From the NCBI GenBank assembly GCA_021777675.1, contig JAJYDG010000002.1:1-55345 (forward strand): a stretch of 55,345 nt of DNA. The letters are read 5' to 3'. The position numbers were made by a program, and so were the translations under genes. Below the pieces are notes generated by a model. That model saw nothing but the letters and a program-made list of their open reading frames with translations, did not search any database and was not told the origin of the DNA. The DNA is from a bacterium (GTDB lineage Bacteria > Patescibacteriota > Minisyncoccia > Moranbacterales > UBA2206). Positions 20,226-30,466 of this stretch are shown here, piece by piece (within the stretch, counting starts at the first letter, position 1; the number at the start of each line of letters is the position of its first letter).

Positions 20226-22130
20226 TTATTCCGTTAGCATTTTTAGAATCTTATCCATTTCAATTGTTGCTCCGCCAATAACGCGATCGCCTCCTCCATA
20301 ATAAATATATAATTTCGCTCCCATTCTAACTGCTCCGCATGGGAACACCACGTTAGGAACAATTCCCTCTTTTTCATAAGCCATTTCCGGCTCTAAGATA
20401 GGATATTTTGTCCTTGCAATAACTTTTTCCGGATTATGCAATTCCAAAAGCGCCGCACCAATCCGATAGCTACTATTTTCTTCTGATACTCCGTGATAAA
20501 TCATTAACCAACCGACTTTTGTTTTCATTACAGTATTTAGACCTATTTTTTTATTGTCCCACATCCCTTTGCGCGGAAACATTATTGGATTTTGTTCCAA
20601 AAGTCTTCCTTCTTCAAAATTCAAATTATCAAAAAAATTAATATCAATAGATGGTTGAATGCGATGAAAAAAAACATACTTTCCCTTAATTTTTTCCGGC
20701 AAAACACAAGCATCTTTATCATCGATTCCCGGAGGAGAAATTAATTTTGGATTCGCCCAATTCCAATTTTTTCTAACTAAATCTCTTACTTTGATTGATG
20801 TCAAGGCCACACGTGGAGCGTTTTTAGCATCAACCGCCGTATAACACATAAAAATATCTTCCCCGATTTTAGTCATGCGCGGATCTTCACAACCGGAATT
20901 GCCTGGTTGCAATTTCATTTCAAATTTTTCTCGCGGAGCATAAACCGGCTCATCAGCTTTTCCGTCAATATTTTTTCCATCCTTAGTCCAAGCATAACCA
21001 ATGACAGAAGTATCATCTTTTGACATTGCCCGATAAAAAATATGCGTCAAGCCTTTTTCTCTGATAGCTGTCGGATTAAAAACCGCTTTGGCTTCCCAAG
21101 CATTTTCACTGATCGGCTCTAAAATAGGATTATTCTCAAACCGCTTGCAACTCAAATGCCCTTTTTTTTCTTCTAATATTTCTTTAATCAGAGCTTCTAA
21201 ATCGCAATCAGCAACACAACAAGTTGTATCTGCCGCTCCATAATAAATAACCAGTTTTTTATTTTTAATTAATGCTCCGGAAGGAAAAATAATATTTGGC
21301 ACTTTTCCATATAACTCATATTCCTCCTCGGGAACCATTAAAGGCAAATCGGTTCTGCCTAATATTTTTTGCGGATTTTTCAAATCCAAAAGTGCCGCTT
21401 CTATTCCAAATATTTTTTGCGTTCCCAAATAATTGCGTATATATGAATAAATTAAAAGCCAGCCTTTTTTGGTTTTAAGCGGAGGAGCACCAAGCTCAAC
21501 TTGATCATTGCTATTTCGTTGTAAAGGAATAGCATGTTCGTCTAAGGTTGAATACCAATTCTTCCAATAGCTTTCCGACCATAAATCTTCCTCGCAATCA
21601 AAATCAGCTATGGCAATTTTTGCTGGAGGAATATCTGTATTTGCTGTAAGCACAGCATAAATTCTTCCGTTTATTTTTTCCGGAAAAAGAGCCATTGCTT
21701 TGGCATTAAAAGGTGTTATACGATGTTTTTTTTCTATTTTTTTTAAATCCTTGGTTATTGCCAACCCAACATTGATACATTTGGCTGAAAAAGGAAAATC
21801 AGAAAGTGCCGTATAAAAAATATAATATTTATTTTCCAATTTTGTAATCCGTGGATCCTCGCAACCAAACTGCTCCCATGAAAATTCCGGAAAAATAAAT
21901 TGGTGATGCTCACCGAAATGTATTCCATCTTTGCTTGTCGCTTGCCCAATAGAAGAAACTTCCATCACTACACCATTATGCAAAATAGGCGAAGATTGAG
22001 CGCGATAAAAAATATGCACTTTATCTTTGCTTTTTATTGGACAACCATTAAAAGCGCCCTGCGCTTCCCAAGAATTACGACTTTCTCCAACTAAAATAGG
22101 ATTTTCCCTATCCCGATAAACTGTAACCAT
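20226..22130 (-). CDS. Protein with two tandem GH130-like domains (glycoside hydrolase/phosphorylase family 130, former DUF377)
   Basis: Two repeats of NPIL...WE...FN...FYRA...DG...GCEDPR(I/M)TK...YTA...IYYGGAD. Confidence 0.7.
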   Translation of the reverse strand: MVTVYRDRENPILVGESRNSWEAQGAFNGCPIKSKDKVHIFYRAQSSPILHNGVVMEVSSIGQATSKDGIHFGEHHQFIFPEFSWEQFGCEDPRITKLENKYYIFYTALSDFPFSAKCINVGLAITKDLKKIEKKHRITPFNAKAMALFPEKINGRIYAVLTANTDIPPAKIAIADFDCEEDLWSESYWKNWYSTLDEHAIPLQRNSNDQVELGAPPLKTKKGWLLIYSYIRNYLGTQKIFGIEAALLDLKNPQKILGRTDLPLMVPEEEYELYGKVPNIIFPSGALIKNKKLVIYYGAADTTCCVADCDLEALIKEILEEKKGHLSCKRFENNPILEPISENAWEAKAVFNPTAIREKGLTHIFYRAMSKDDTSVIGYAWTKDGKNIDGKADEPVYAPREKFEMKLQPGNSGCEDPRMTKIGEDIFMCYTAVDAKNAPRVALTSIKVRDLVRKNWNWANPKLISPPGIDDKDACVLPEKIKGKYVFFHRIQPSIDINFFDNLNFEEGRLLEQNPIMFPRKGMWDNKKIGLNTVMKTKVGWLMIYHGVSEENSSYRIGAALLELHNPEKVIARTKYPILEPEMAYEKEGIVPNVVFPCGAVRMGAKLYIYYGGGDRVIGGATIEMDKILKMLTE

Positions 22131-22150
22131 AAAAAAAATATTAAAAAAAA

Positions 22151-23992
22151 TTAGGCAATCGCTATTTTTCTAAATGAAGTGACTGCAGATGAATTAATTA
22201 ACGCTGCCAAAAAATCTTTTATTGGAGTTGTTGCAACACAAGTAAATCTATCGGCGCCACCATAATACACAAAAAGCTTTTCATCCTTAACCACGGAACC
22301 GCAAACATATACCACACCAGCTTTTGATCCTTCGTTTTCGTATTTTTCAATTGGTTCCAAAATCGGCTCGAAAGAACGATATAGAACTTCTTCCGGATTT
22401 TTATAATCCAATAACATTGCGCCGACTTTGTATTTATTCGGATCACGCTTATCCATAGCATGATAAAGCACTAACCAGCCATGTTCTGTTTTAATTGGTG
22501 GCGAACCGACTCCGCGCAAAATATTATCCCAACGAGTTTCATCCGATTTATTATTGTGGTAACTTTCTATTACTATTTTTTCCGAATCAAGAGAATTGAA
22601 ATAATCAATAGAGATTTTCGGAGAAATGCTGTGCAAAATAGCAAATTTTCCATTTATTTTTTCCGGAAAAAGCACCCAATTCTTTTGAATTTCACCAGGC
22701 CTGGAAATTAGTTTGGGAATTTTCCAATTCCAATTCTTGCTTAAAAAATCTTCAATCGATATGGAAGTCAACGCCACTCCTGGCGGATTATAACCATTAA
22801 AAGCAACATATGTCATGTAAATCATATCGCCAATAACAGAAATTCGCGGATCTTCACATCCGCTCCAGCTACCTCCGGACATATATGAATAAGCAAAATT
22901 TTTAGTACTATTTTTTCCGGCATACTCAAATATTTGCGACGGAAGATAAACTGGCGTATCTAACCTCTCGTCAATATTAATTCCATCACTACTTGACGCA
23001 TAGCCCAAAACAGAAATACCGGATTCTCCGAGTGCACGATAAAGCAAATGCACTTTTCCATTCAGATTTACCGCTGCCGGATTAAATGTTTCTCTGGATT
23101 CCCATTTATTTTCACTGCGTGGAATAAGTACAGGATTATTTTTCGCTTTTTTTAATTTTAATTTTGAAATATTGGCTATTTCTCGATGAACATCTTTTTT
23201 ATGGACCGGAAATCGCGCCAAAGAAATAGGCATAACATGCAACTCATCGGCATAATCCCAATATGATAGAATTTCATTATTCTTAAAAACCGACCCAATA
23301 AACCGCACTGCACGCCCATTCCATTCTTTTGGCTGTTGCCAAAGAGAAACGCTTGAACGCCATAAAATTCTTTGATAATCATTTTTATCAAGGAGCACCG
23401 CTCCCACTCCCCATTGTTTAATTTTGTTTTGCGCCGAATATACAAGAATAATTCCCTCCTTTGTCCAAAAAGCATTGTCTGCTGAAAGACGATATCCGTC
23501 AAAATAACCATCGCGCGGACGCAAAAGCGAGCCCCGTTTAACATGCCATTTTTTCAAATCAGAAGAAGTGGCAATTTGAACAGAATTTTTTCCAAAAAAC
23601 ATTAGATATTTCTCAGCCAAATGATCAAAAATAATTACAGCTCCATAATCTTTAATTCCCTCAACCGGACCAATTTTTTCCCAAATAATGCCGTCAGCGG
23701 ATACTGCAACCATTAGCTGTTTTTCGTTTTCATTTACTTTTTGTTTATAAAAAAGTACGTATTGCTCATTTAATTTTGAGATCTTGAAATCATCATCGAT
23801 TTTTAACTTATTTTTTATACCTAAGAATTTTTTAAAAAATATTTTTTGGGGCAATCGCTCAAAATGCAATCCATCATCTCCAATTAAGATTTGCACGGGT
23901 TGATTATCGCCGAATTTTTCTTTGCAAAAAAGAAAAACTTTTTTTCCTATCCGGGAAACAGCCAAGCCAAAAAAATTTTTATCGCTAGCCAT
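22151..23992 (-). CDS. Paralogous two-domain GH130-like protein (divergent N-terminal domain, canonical C-terminal domain)
   Basis: The C-terminal half has NPVLIP...WESRETFNPAA...LYRA...GCEDPRISV...VYYGGAD. The N-terminal half is propeller-like but lacks GCEDPR. ATG 23992 is preferred over the ORF-track TTG 24049. Confidence 0.65.
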   Translation of the reverse strand: MASDKNFFGLAVSRIGKKVFLFCKEKFGDNQPVQILIGDDGLHFERLPQKIFFKKFLGIKNKLKIDDDFKISKLNEQYVLFYKQKVNENEKQLMVAVSADGIIWEKIGPVEGIKDYGAVIIFDHLAEKYLMFFGKNSVQIATSSDLKKWHVKRGSLLRPRDGYFDGYRLSADNAFWTKEGIILVYSAQNKIKQWGVGAVLLDKNDYQRILWRSSVSLWQQPKEWNGRAVRFIGSVFKNNEILSYWDYADELHVMPISLARFPVHKKDVHREIANISKLKLKKAKNNPVLIPRSENKWESRETFNPAAVNLNGKVHLLYRALGESGISVLGYASSSDGINIDERLDTPVYLPSQIFEYAGKNSTKNFAYSYMSGGSWSGCEDPRISVIGDMIYMTYVAFNGYNPPGVALTSISIEDFLSKNWNWKIPKLISRPGEIQKNWVLFPEKINGKFAILHSISPKISIDYFNSLDSEKIVIESYHNNKSDETRWDNILRGVGSPPIKTEHGWLVLYHAMDKRDPNKYKVGAMLLDYKNPEEVLYRSFEPILEPIEKYENEGSKAGVVYVCGSVVKDEKLFVYYGGADRFTCVATTPIKDFLAALINSSAVTSFRKIAIA

Positions 23993-24062
23993 ATTTTTAT
24001 AATTTTTTATATTTGCATAATAACACAAAAAACGCTCAACCTCAAGCAACTGGTTTTACTTT

Positions 24063-25994
24063 TTATTTTCTAATATCTTCATGTGCGCTAGAGAAAGATT
24101 TTTTAAAGAGAACAACCCAAAAATAATTTATCGCATATAGCCACCCGGTAGCGAATAATCCTTTTTCGGATAAACGCCTTCCTGAAGAATATATCGGCAA
24201 TTTAAGGGTAAACTTTACTTGGCCAACCGCCCTTATTCTTTTGGCAATATCGGCATCTTCGCCATAGAATTCAAATTGCGGATTGAAGCCACCAATTTTT
24301 TCCATTGCCGTCCGTCTAACAATGAAATTACCCCCCTGCAAAACCGACCCATTTTTAAAAATATATTGGTTGATTAGATGAAAAAAATGTCCAACCACAT
24401 ACCATAGATAAACAAAAAACCTGGCTGTTTTTGACAGATCATAATAAATGAACGGCCCACTCAAGGCAACCAATTTTGAATTGGCGGAAAATTCCGCAAA
24501 TACTTTATTTAACCAACCATCGCAAAGTCTTGTATCAGCATCCAGATTAGCAACTAAATCTCCAGAGCTAGCCAGATATCCTGCGCATCGTGCCACTACC
24601 AGACCTTTTTTCGGCTCATCCACAATAATTGCATGGGGAAAAGATTTGGCGACTTCGCGCGTTCGATCAGTGCTGGCATTATTCACCACAATCACTTCGG
24701 CATTGATTTTCTCCTTTTCCAATTCTTGAAAAATGGATCTTAAACAGTCGCCAAGATAATCCTCTTCGTTATAAGCCGGAATAACAAAACTTAGTTTTAA
24801 TTTGGAAAATTTTTTTCGAAGCTCTTTTTGAAAAAGATTTTCCCAATGATTAGCAACTATTTCAACGGAAAAATTTTTCGCATTTTCAATGCCACCCTGT
24901 CCCAATTCAAATCTTTTTTTATCATCTTCAAAAAGTTCAATTATTCTTTGAGCTAAAGCGTTAGTATCTCCCGGTTCAATAATATAGCCATTGCGCTCAT
25001 TGATATATTCCGGCAAGCCCCAAGCATTAGCTCCAATCACCGGAATACCCGCCGCCATAGCTTGCAACATGCTGATACATTGCGTTTCAGCCGTACTCAT
25101 CACTGTAAAAATATCAGCGGCAGAATAGAGCTCACTAAAAACATCCATTTCAACATAACCGAAAAAAATAACATTTTTTTCAAGTCCCAATTCCTTGGTT
25201 AATTTTTCCAATTCTTCCTTGGCACTCCCATGTCCTGTTACGACAAAAGTAATATCTGTAAATTTTTCTTTAACCAAAGCTACAGCACGAATAATCACAT
25301 CAATATTTTTTTCTTGCGCCAAACGACCGGCATAAAAAATCACTTTGTTTGAAAAACCAAATTTTTTCTTTAACTGTTTTTTAGTATCTGCAAAAACAGG
25401 CTTGAAACCAAAAAGATTAATCGGATTAGAAACAACCTGACTATTTTTTTTCAAACCGTTTTTTTTCATTTCATCTAAAATCAATTGAGAAGGAGCGCTA
25501 ACCCAAAGACATTTATTATAATACCAACTAACATAGCTGAGCGCGAATTGATTAATCCATTCAGCACGAATTGGGGCATACTTTAAAAACTCGGTAATCG
25601 GCGTATGATTCGTTCCAATAAGCGGAACTTTCAATATGCGAGAAAGCATCAACGCTTCAAGACCGGCGCTAAAAAAATCTTGCGTATAAATAATATCCGG
25701 ATTAAATTTTTTAATATGCCAAAAACTGGATAATACTGGAAAAACAAACCGACCTTGTTTGGTCGGTGCCATCGGATAAGACATGGAGACTAAACGAAAA
25801 ATTTCAATATTATCGTGTAGTTTTATTTCTTTCGGATCAAGTTTTGCCGTAATAAAATTATTTTTTGTGTAATACGGTACATAAAAATTTATCTTATGCC
25901 CTCTTTTTGCCAATTCATTAGCAAGCGAAATAATCGAATCAGAAATTCCGCTTATTTCCGGATAAAAATTGTCTGAAAAAATGGCAATTCGCAT
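24063..25994 (-). CDS. Bifunctional glycosyltransferase (N-terminal GT4, C-terminal GT2)
   Basis: N-terminus MRIAIFSDNFYPEISG with an E-x7-E-type GT4 C-lobe. C-terminal half has LSFVIPAYNEE...NNASTD...DAD, a GT2 signature. Confidence 0.8.
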   Translation of the reverse strand: MRIAIFSDNFYPEISGISDSIISLANELAKRGHKINFYVPYYTKNNFITAKLDPKEIKLHDNIEIFRLVSMSYPMAPTKQGRFVFPVLSSFWHIKKFNPDIIYTQDFFSAGLEALMLSRILKVPLIGTNHTPITEFLKYAPIRAEWINQFALSYVSWYYNKCLWVSAPSQLILDEMKKNGLKKNSQVVSNPINLFGFKPVFADTKKQLKKKFGFSNKVIFYAGRLAQEKNIDVIIRAVALVKEKFTDITFVVTGHGSAKEELEKLTKELGLEKNVIFFGYVEMDVFSELYSAADIFTVMSTAETQCISMLQAMAAGIPVIGANAWGLPEYINERNGYIIEPGDTNALAQRIIELFEDDKKRFELGQGGIENAKNFSVEIVANHWENLFQKELRKKFSKLKLSFVIPAYNEEDYLGDCLRSIFQELEKEKINAEVIVVNNASTDRTREVAKSFPHAIIVDEPKKGLVVARCAGYLASSGDLVANLDADTRLCDGWLNKVFAEFSANSKLVALSGPFIYYDLSKTARFFVYLWYVVGHFFHLINQYIFKNGSVLQGGNFIVRRTAMEKIGGFNPQFEFYGEDADIAKRIRAVGQVKFTLKLPIYSSGRRLSEKGLFATGWLYAINYFWVVLFKKSFSSAHEDIRK

Positions 25995-26037
25995 ATAAAT
26001 AAATTATCCCCATTAAAACCGCATTTTTCTCTTAGCT

Positions 26038-26652
26038 TTAATCCTCACTTTTATCATTTAATTTTCCCGCCAATATGGACATCATTTTGTTATAAAACAA
26101 AAACAACGCTAAAACAAACAATGCCGCCAACGGGAAAAAAATTACCGCATAATGTAAATAGGTATCTATATTATACATCTGACCAAAAAAATAGCCAATA
26201 CCAAAAAAAATAAGCGATTTGGGAATAGTAACTGCCGAGCACCAGCCAATAAATTTTCGAAAAGGCAATCGTAAATAGCCGACAGTTATAAAACCCAAAG
26301 TGGAAACAACCGGTGTTAATTTTAGCGCCAGCATTGTTTTTCCAAAATGGTTTCTGAATCCCTTTTCCATTTTTAATATGCGATATTTTGTTAATCCGAC
26401 ATATTCCCCTAAATTTTCAATAAAACGAAAACGACTAATATATCCTATGCCATAATAAATTGAATCCGGAACCAAATCACCCAAGACCGACAGCACTAAA
26501 ATAATTTCCGCATTAAAAAATCCCGCAGCGGAAAGAAATCCGGCAGCGGCAGTGGAAATGGGACCCTCTACGCAAAACAACAAAAAAACCACCCAATACC
26601 CATGAGAAGCTATCCACTCTGTAACTAAATTGAAGTTATTAAAATCCAGCAT
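26038..26652 (-). CDS. DedA/SNARE-associated family membrane protein
   Basis: About 200-aa polytopic protein with a DedA-like N-terminal segment (WVVFLLFCVEGP). Confidence 0.55.
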   Translation of the reverse strand: MLDFNNFNLVTEWIASHGYWVVFLLFCVEGPISTAAAGFLSAAGFFNAEIILVLSVLGDLVPDSIYYGIGYISRFRFIENLGEYVGLTKYRILKMEKGFRNHFGKTMLALKLTPVVSTLGFITVGYLRLPFRKFIGWCSAVTIPKSLIFFGIGYFFGQMYNIDTYLHYAVIFFPLAALFVLALFLFYNKMMSILAGKLNDKSED

Positions 26653-26685
26653 AAATTAAATTTAATTGAAACTGCTATTGATTTT

Positions 26686-27378
26686 TTATTCCAATTCAAA
26701 AAATTTCAGCGCGTGTTTAACAATAATTTCAGGGTTATCATCAATAACATGATTGCCATTTTTAAAATAAGTAATTTCTTTTTTTTCACTGCCGACTCGC
26801 GGAACATACTCTTCCAGCGCCCTATAGTCTGCTACTCCGTCTTTTTTGCTATGCAAAAAAAGAATTGGCACAGTAACAATTCGCAAATTTTCTAAAAATT
26901 TTCCTTCCAAATATCCGATTATTTCTTTACTTGCCCCAATGGGGGAAAGCCGTAATTTTTGAATTTTTTGCAATGGCCTCCAAAACAAATAAATAAGCGG
27001 AAAAAACCATTGACCCAAAGAAATTAATTTTCTTTTTTTTAAACGAAAGGGCGTCCCAACACTTACAATTCCGTTTAAATTATCAAATTTTTTAGCATGC
27101 TCCATTAAAAACGCGCCTCCCAAACTAATACCAATACCAAACACTTGTTCATACTTGTCGGAAAGCCTGTTTATTGTTTCAGAAATATTATTCAAGCATT
27201 CTTCAGTAGTTAATGCGGAAAAATCATTAATTATTTTTTCACCGTAAAAATTAGAAGCAACAGCATCGTATCCGGATTTTTCCAATATTTTTTTTAACCC
27301 CAAGGCTTGCATATCGTCCGAAGAAAAGCCAGGCAAAAGTACAAAACAAATTTTACTTTTTGTTTTATTCATAAGCAT
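26686..27378 (-). CDS. Alpha/beta-fold hydrolase
   Basis: GISLGG nucleophile elbow (GxSxG), a later D, and a NGNH histidine. 230 aa. Confidence 0.6.
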   Translation of the reverse strand: MLMNKTKSKICFVLLPGFSSDDMQALGLKKILEKSGYDAVASNFYGEKIINDFSALTTEECLNNISETINRLSDKYEQVFGIGISLGGAFLMEHAKKFDNLNGIVSVGTPFRLKKRKLISLGQWFFPLIYLFWRPLQKIQKLRLSPIGASKEIIGYLEGKFLENLRIVTVPILFLHSKKDGVADYRALEEYVPRVGSEKKEITYFKNGNHVIDDNPEIIVKHALKFFELE

Positions 27379-28015
27379 TTTTTTTCATAAATAGTTGATA
27401 ATCTTTGGGGAAAAAATTCTGAGATATATGAAAAATGGTATAACTGATAAAAAAAGCGGCAAAAACATCAATCGAGTAGTGCAAATGTCCCAAAAGAACC
27501 ACTGATGCGAAAAAAATCGAAGCTAAAATGAAAAAAAATCTTAAATTTTTATCCTCCCAAAAAACCAATGCCATCATAAAGGGCAGTCCGCTATGTGAAG
27601 AAAAAAACATATCGTTGCCAAGCGTGGTGAAGCTAAAAATATCATTTGGATCAAGTGTAGAGTGTTTTGGTGGAATTCCTAAGTGCGTAAGCATAATAAA
27701 CACCGAGCGAATCAAAATAAACAAAGCAATGTTCTTTGCCAAAAAAGGAATTCGATGAGGCTCATTAAAAACTAAAAAAATAACAAACACCCACAAAAGG
27801 AAAAAGCCGTCATAAAAGAAAAATTCAACATTAACCACTGGAATATTATCTAAAATAATATCAGAAACATAATTCCCGGCATGATCCATTGTATACACAT
27901 TAGCAAAATAATTCACAACCAAACTAGCCAAAAGCAAGGCTACTCCCGCAATACTGCTATAGATAAAGCTTTTTTTCTTCCAGAAAAATTTATGCCGATT
28001 GAATATTTTTTTCAT
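27365..28015 (-). CDS. PAP2-superfamily (sphingomyelin-synthase-like PAP2_C) membrane protein
   Basis: Polytopic protein with SSHSG and HLHYSIDV motifs. Confidence 0.55.
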   Translation of the reverse strand: MKKIFNRHKFFWKKKSFIYSSIAGVALLLASLVVNYFANVYTMDHAGNYVSDIILDNIPVVNVEFFFYDGFFLLWVFVIFLVFNEPHRIPFLAKNIALFILIRSVFIMLTHLGIPPKHSTLDPNDIFSFTTLGNDMFFSSHSGLPFMMALVFWEDKNLRFFFILASIFFASVVLLGHLHYSIDVFAAFFISYTIFHISQNFFPKDYQLFMKKNAYE

Positions 28016-28047
28016 TTTATTTTCCTATTTTTCGCATTTTTAATTTA

Positions 28048-28509
28048 TTAGTTTTGTGCTTGCGCTCCCTGTCTCGACTGAACAGACGGTCTGATTTGAA
28101 TATTTTGAGAAACAATACTTCCGTCGGGATTAGCTTTCCCATTCACCATGACAGTTTCTCCGGAGCTTAAATCAGAGACTGTTCCACTGATAGATTTTCC
28201 AATAATTGTCGCATCGGAATAATAAACAATTTTTGATCCGCCATCTTTGGTTTTTATGGTAATGCTTTTATCGTCCTTGGAAATTATATCGCCATTCGCA
28301 AAATCTCCATTGCTTACTCCGGTTAGCTGTCCCGCACCAGATCTTTTTTGCCCTCCAGCCGGACCAATATTCATCCCCCCTGCGCCTCTCTGCGTCAATC
28401 TTCCAGAAGAAGCTTTGGTTTCTCCATATTTCATTCCGAAATAAAACATTCCTCCTGCCATCAAAACAATAACGCCTGCCATTATTATAATATGATTTTT
28501 TTTATTCAT
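28048..28509 (-). CDS. Membrane-anchored DUF5666-like protein (paralog of 31657..32184)
   Basis: Transmembrane anchor, G-rich linker, then a beta-rich domain: ...ITIKTKDGGSKIVYYSDATII...SDLSSGETVMVNGKANPDGSIVSQNIQI. Confidence 0.45.
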   Translation of the reverse strand: MNKKNHIIIMAGVIVLMAGGMFYFGMKYGETKASSGRLTQRGAGGMNIGPAGGQKRSGAGQLTGVSNGDFANGDIISKDDKSITIKTKDGGSKIVYYSDATIIGKSISGTVSDLSSGETVMVNGKANPDGSIVSQNIQIRPSVQSRQGAQAQN

Positions 28510-28544
28510 CGTTTTTAAATATTAAAAATTAATTTCACGACTTA

Positions 28545-29759
28545 TCATTCATAACGCAATGCTTCAATCGGACTAAGGCCTGCCGCGCGACGCGCCGGAT
28601 AAAAACCAAAAACAATACCCACACCGGCAGAAACACCAAATGCCAAAAGAATTGAAGTTGGAGAAATCAACGTTGTAATGCCCGCGAATTTTGACACTAA
28701 TAACGAGGCAATCCAGCCCAAAACAATACCCACAAACCCCCCAAAAAAAGTAAGCACTACGGCTTCGGATAGAAATTGCAAATTAATATAAATCCTGCGC
28801 ACTCCAATCGCTTTTCTAAGCCCAATTTCACGAGTTCTCTCCGTTACAGTCGTAAGCATCATATTCATAATGCCGATTCCTCCCACCAAAAGAGAAATGC
28901 CTGCGATTGAAGAAAGTAAGATTGTAAAAGTTCCGGTAATTGAAGATGCAGTTGCTATAATATCATTCTGATTCATAATAGAAAAATCAGCTAATGTTGG
29001 ATCGGATATTCCATGTCTTGTAAGTAAGATATTGGTAATTTGATCTTGAACAGCTGCCATTGCTTCCTGACTATCCGCTGCAATGCTAATCATTGAAACA
29101 ATATCGCTACCCGATAAATAATGTTGAGCCGCTGTTAAAGGAACATATATGTTGTCATCCGGATTGTTAAAGCCAGAACCACCTTTAGCCTCCGCCACTC
29201 CAATTATTTCAAAATCAACATTTTTAATACGAATGGTTTGACCAATTGGATCCATATCGGTTCCAAATAAATCTTCTTTCGCCGTTGCCCCTAAAACAGC
29301 TACTTTGGCGGAACTTTTTTGTTGTTGATCCGTAAAAAAAGATCCGGATGCAATCTTGACATTATGCGCAATCAAATAATCCGCTATTGTTCCAACCACA
29401 TCGGTGTTCGTGTTATTGCTTTTAGCCGCTATTTGATAGCGCCTGGAAATTTCAGGCGCTACCGCTTTAATGCTTTGCGCCTGACTCTTGATTGCATTAG
29501 CGTCTTCAATTGTCATTGTTTGCGCACTCCCAAATCCAGCGCTTACCCCGGCGCTTCTTTGCGCTCCGGGACGAACAATAATCAAATTCGATCCGATTGA
29601 TTCAATGTTGGCGGCAATAGAACTTTGCGCGCCTTGACCGATTGAAACCATTGTAATCACAGAGGCGATCCCAATCACAATTCCCAAAATAGTTAATCCG
29701 GAACGAACTTTATTTCCCGTTAATGACCAAATTGTTTCTTTTAACAAATCTTTAAGCAT
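28545..29759 (-). CDS. MacB/FtsX-type ABC transporter permease
   Basis: N-terminal transmembrane helix, large extracytoplasmic MacB_PCD-like domain, and a C-terminal FtsX 3-helix bundle (...REIGLRKAIG...). Confidence 0.85.
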   Translation of the reverse strand: MLKDLLKETIWSLTGNKVRSGLTILGIVIGIASVITMVSIGQGAQSSIAANIESIGSNLIIVRPGAQRSAGVSAGFGSAQTMTIEDANAIKSQAQSIKAVAPEISRRYQIAAKSNNTNTDVVGTIADYLIAHNVKIASGSFFTDQQQKSSAKVAVLGATAKEDLFGTDMDPIGQTIRIKNVDFEIIGVAEAKGGSGFNNPDDNIYVPLTAAQHYLSGSDIVSMISIAADSQEAMAAVQDQITNILLTRHGISDPTLADFSIMNQNDIIATASSITGTFTILLSSIAGISLLVGGIGIMNMMLTTVTERTREIGLRKAIGVRRIYINLQFLSEAVVLTFFGGFVGIVLGWIASLLVSKFAGITTLISPTSILLAFGVSAGVGIVFGFYPARRAAGLSPIEALRYE

Positions 29760-30444
29760 ATTTTTTGTTAATTACATCTTTTTCAATTAATCCGTCGCGT
29801 ACTGAAATAATCCTCCTAGCATATTGTGCCACCTCCATTTCATGCGTGATTAAAATAATCGTATGCCCTTTTTTATGCAATTGCTGAAAAGCTTCCATCA
29901 CCACTTCACTGGTTCGCGTATCAAGATTTCCTGTCGGCTCGTCTGCTAAAAGTATTGCCGGATTATTTATCAGTGAACGGGCGATTGCTACTCTCTGCAT
30001 TTGTCCTCCTGATAATTGATTGGAAAGATTGTGAAATTTGCTTTCTTCCATTCCGGCATATTTCAATGCTTCTCTTGCTCTCGCCTCCCTCTCTTCCTGT
30101 GTCGTTTCAGTGAATAATAATGGCAACATCACATTGCGCAAAACAGTTGCCCTAGGCAATAAATTGAACGCTTGAAAAACAAAACCGATTTTACTCCTAC
30201 GCAAATCAGATAACTGATCATCATTTAATTTGGAAACTTCCGCTCCGTCTAGGAAATATTCCCCTTCAGTTGGAACATCTAATGCTCCAAGAATATGCAT
30301 CAACGTTGATTTTCCTGATCCAGAGGGTCCAATAATAGAAACGAAATCACCTTTTTCAACCCCGAAAGATACGCCTTTTAATGCTACTGTTTCCACGTCA
30401 CCGTTCACATAAACTTTTCTTAAATTTTTGCAGTCAATCATCAT
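29752..30444 (-). CDS. MacB/LolD-type ABC transporter ATP-binding protein
   Basis: GPSGSGKST, LSGGQMQRVAIARSL, LLADEPTGNLD. 8-nt overlap with the permease gene. Confidence 0.9.
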   Translation of the reverse strand: MMIDCKNLRKVYVNGDVETVALKGVSFGVEKGDFVSIIGPSGSGKSTLMHILGALDVPTEGEYFLDGAEVSKLNDDQLSDLRRSKIGFVFQAFNLLPRATVLRNVMLPLLFTETTQEEREARAREALKYAGMEESKFHNLSNQLSGGQMQRVAIARSLINNPAILLADEPTGNLDTRTSEVVMEAFQQLHKKGHTIILITHEMEVAQYARRIISVRDGLIEKDVINKKYA

Positions 30445-30466
30445 ATATTTTTAGCTATTATTCTCT

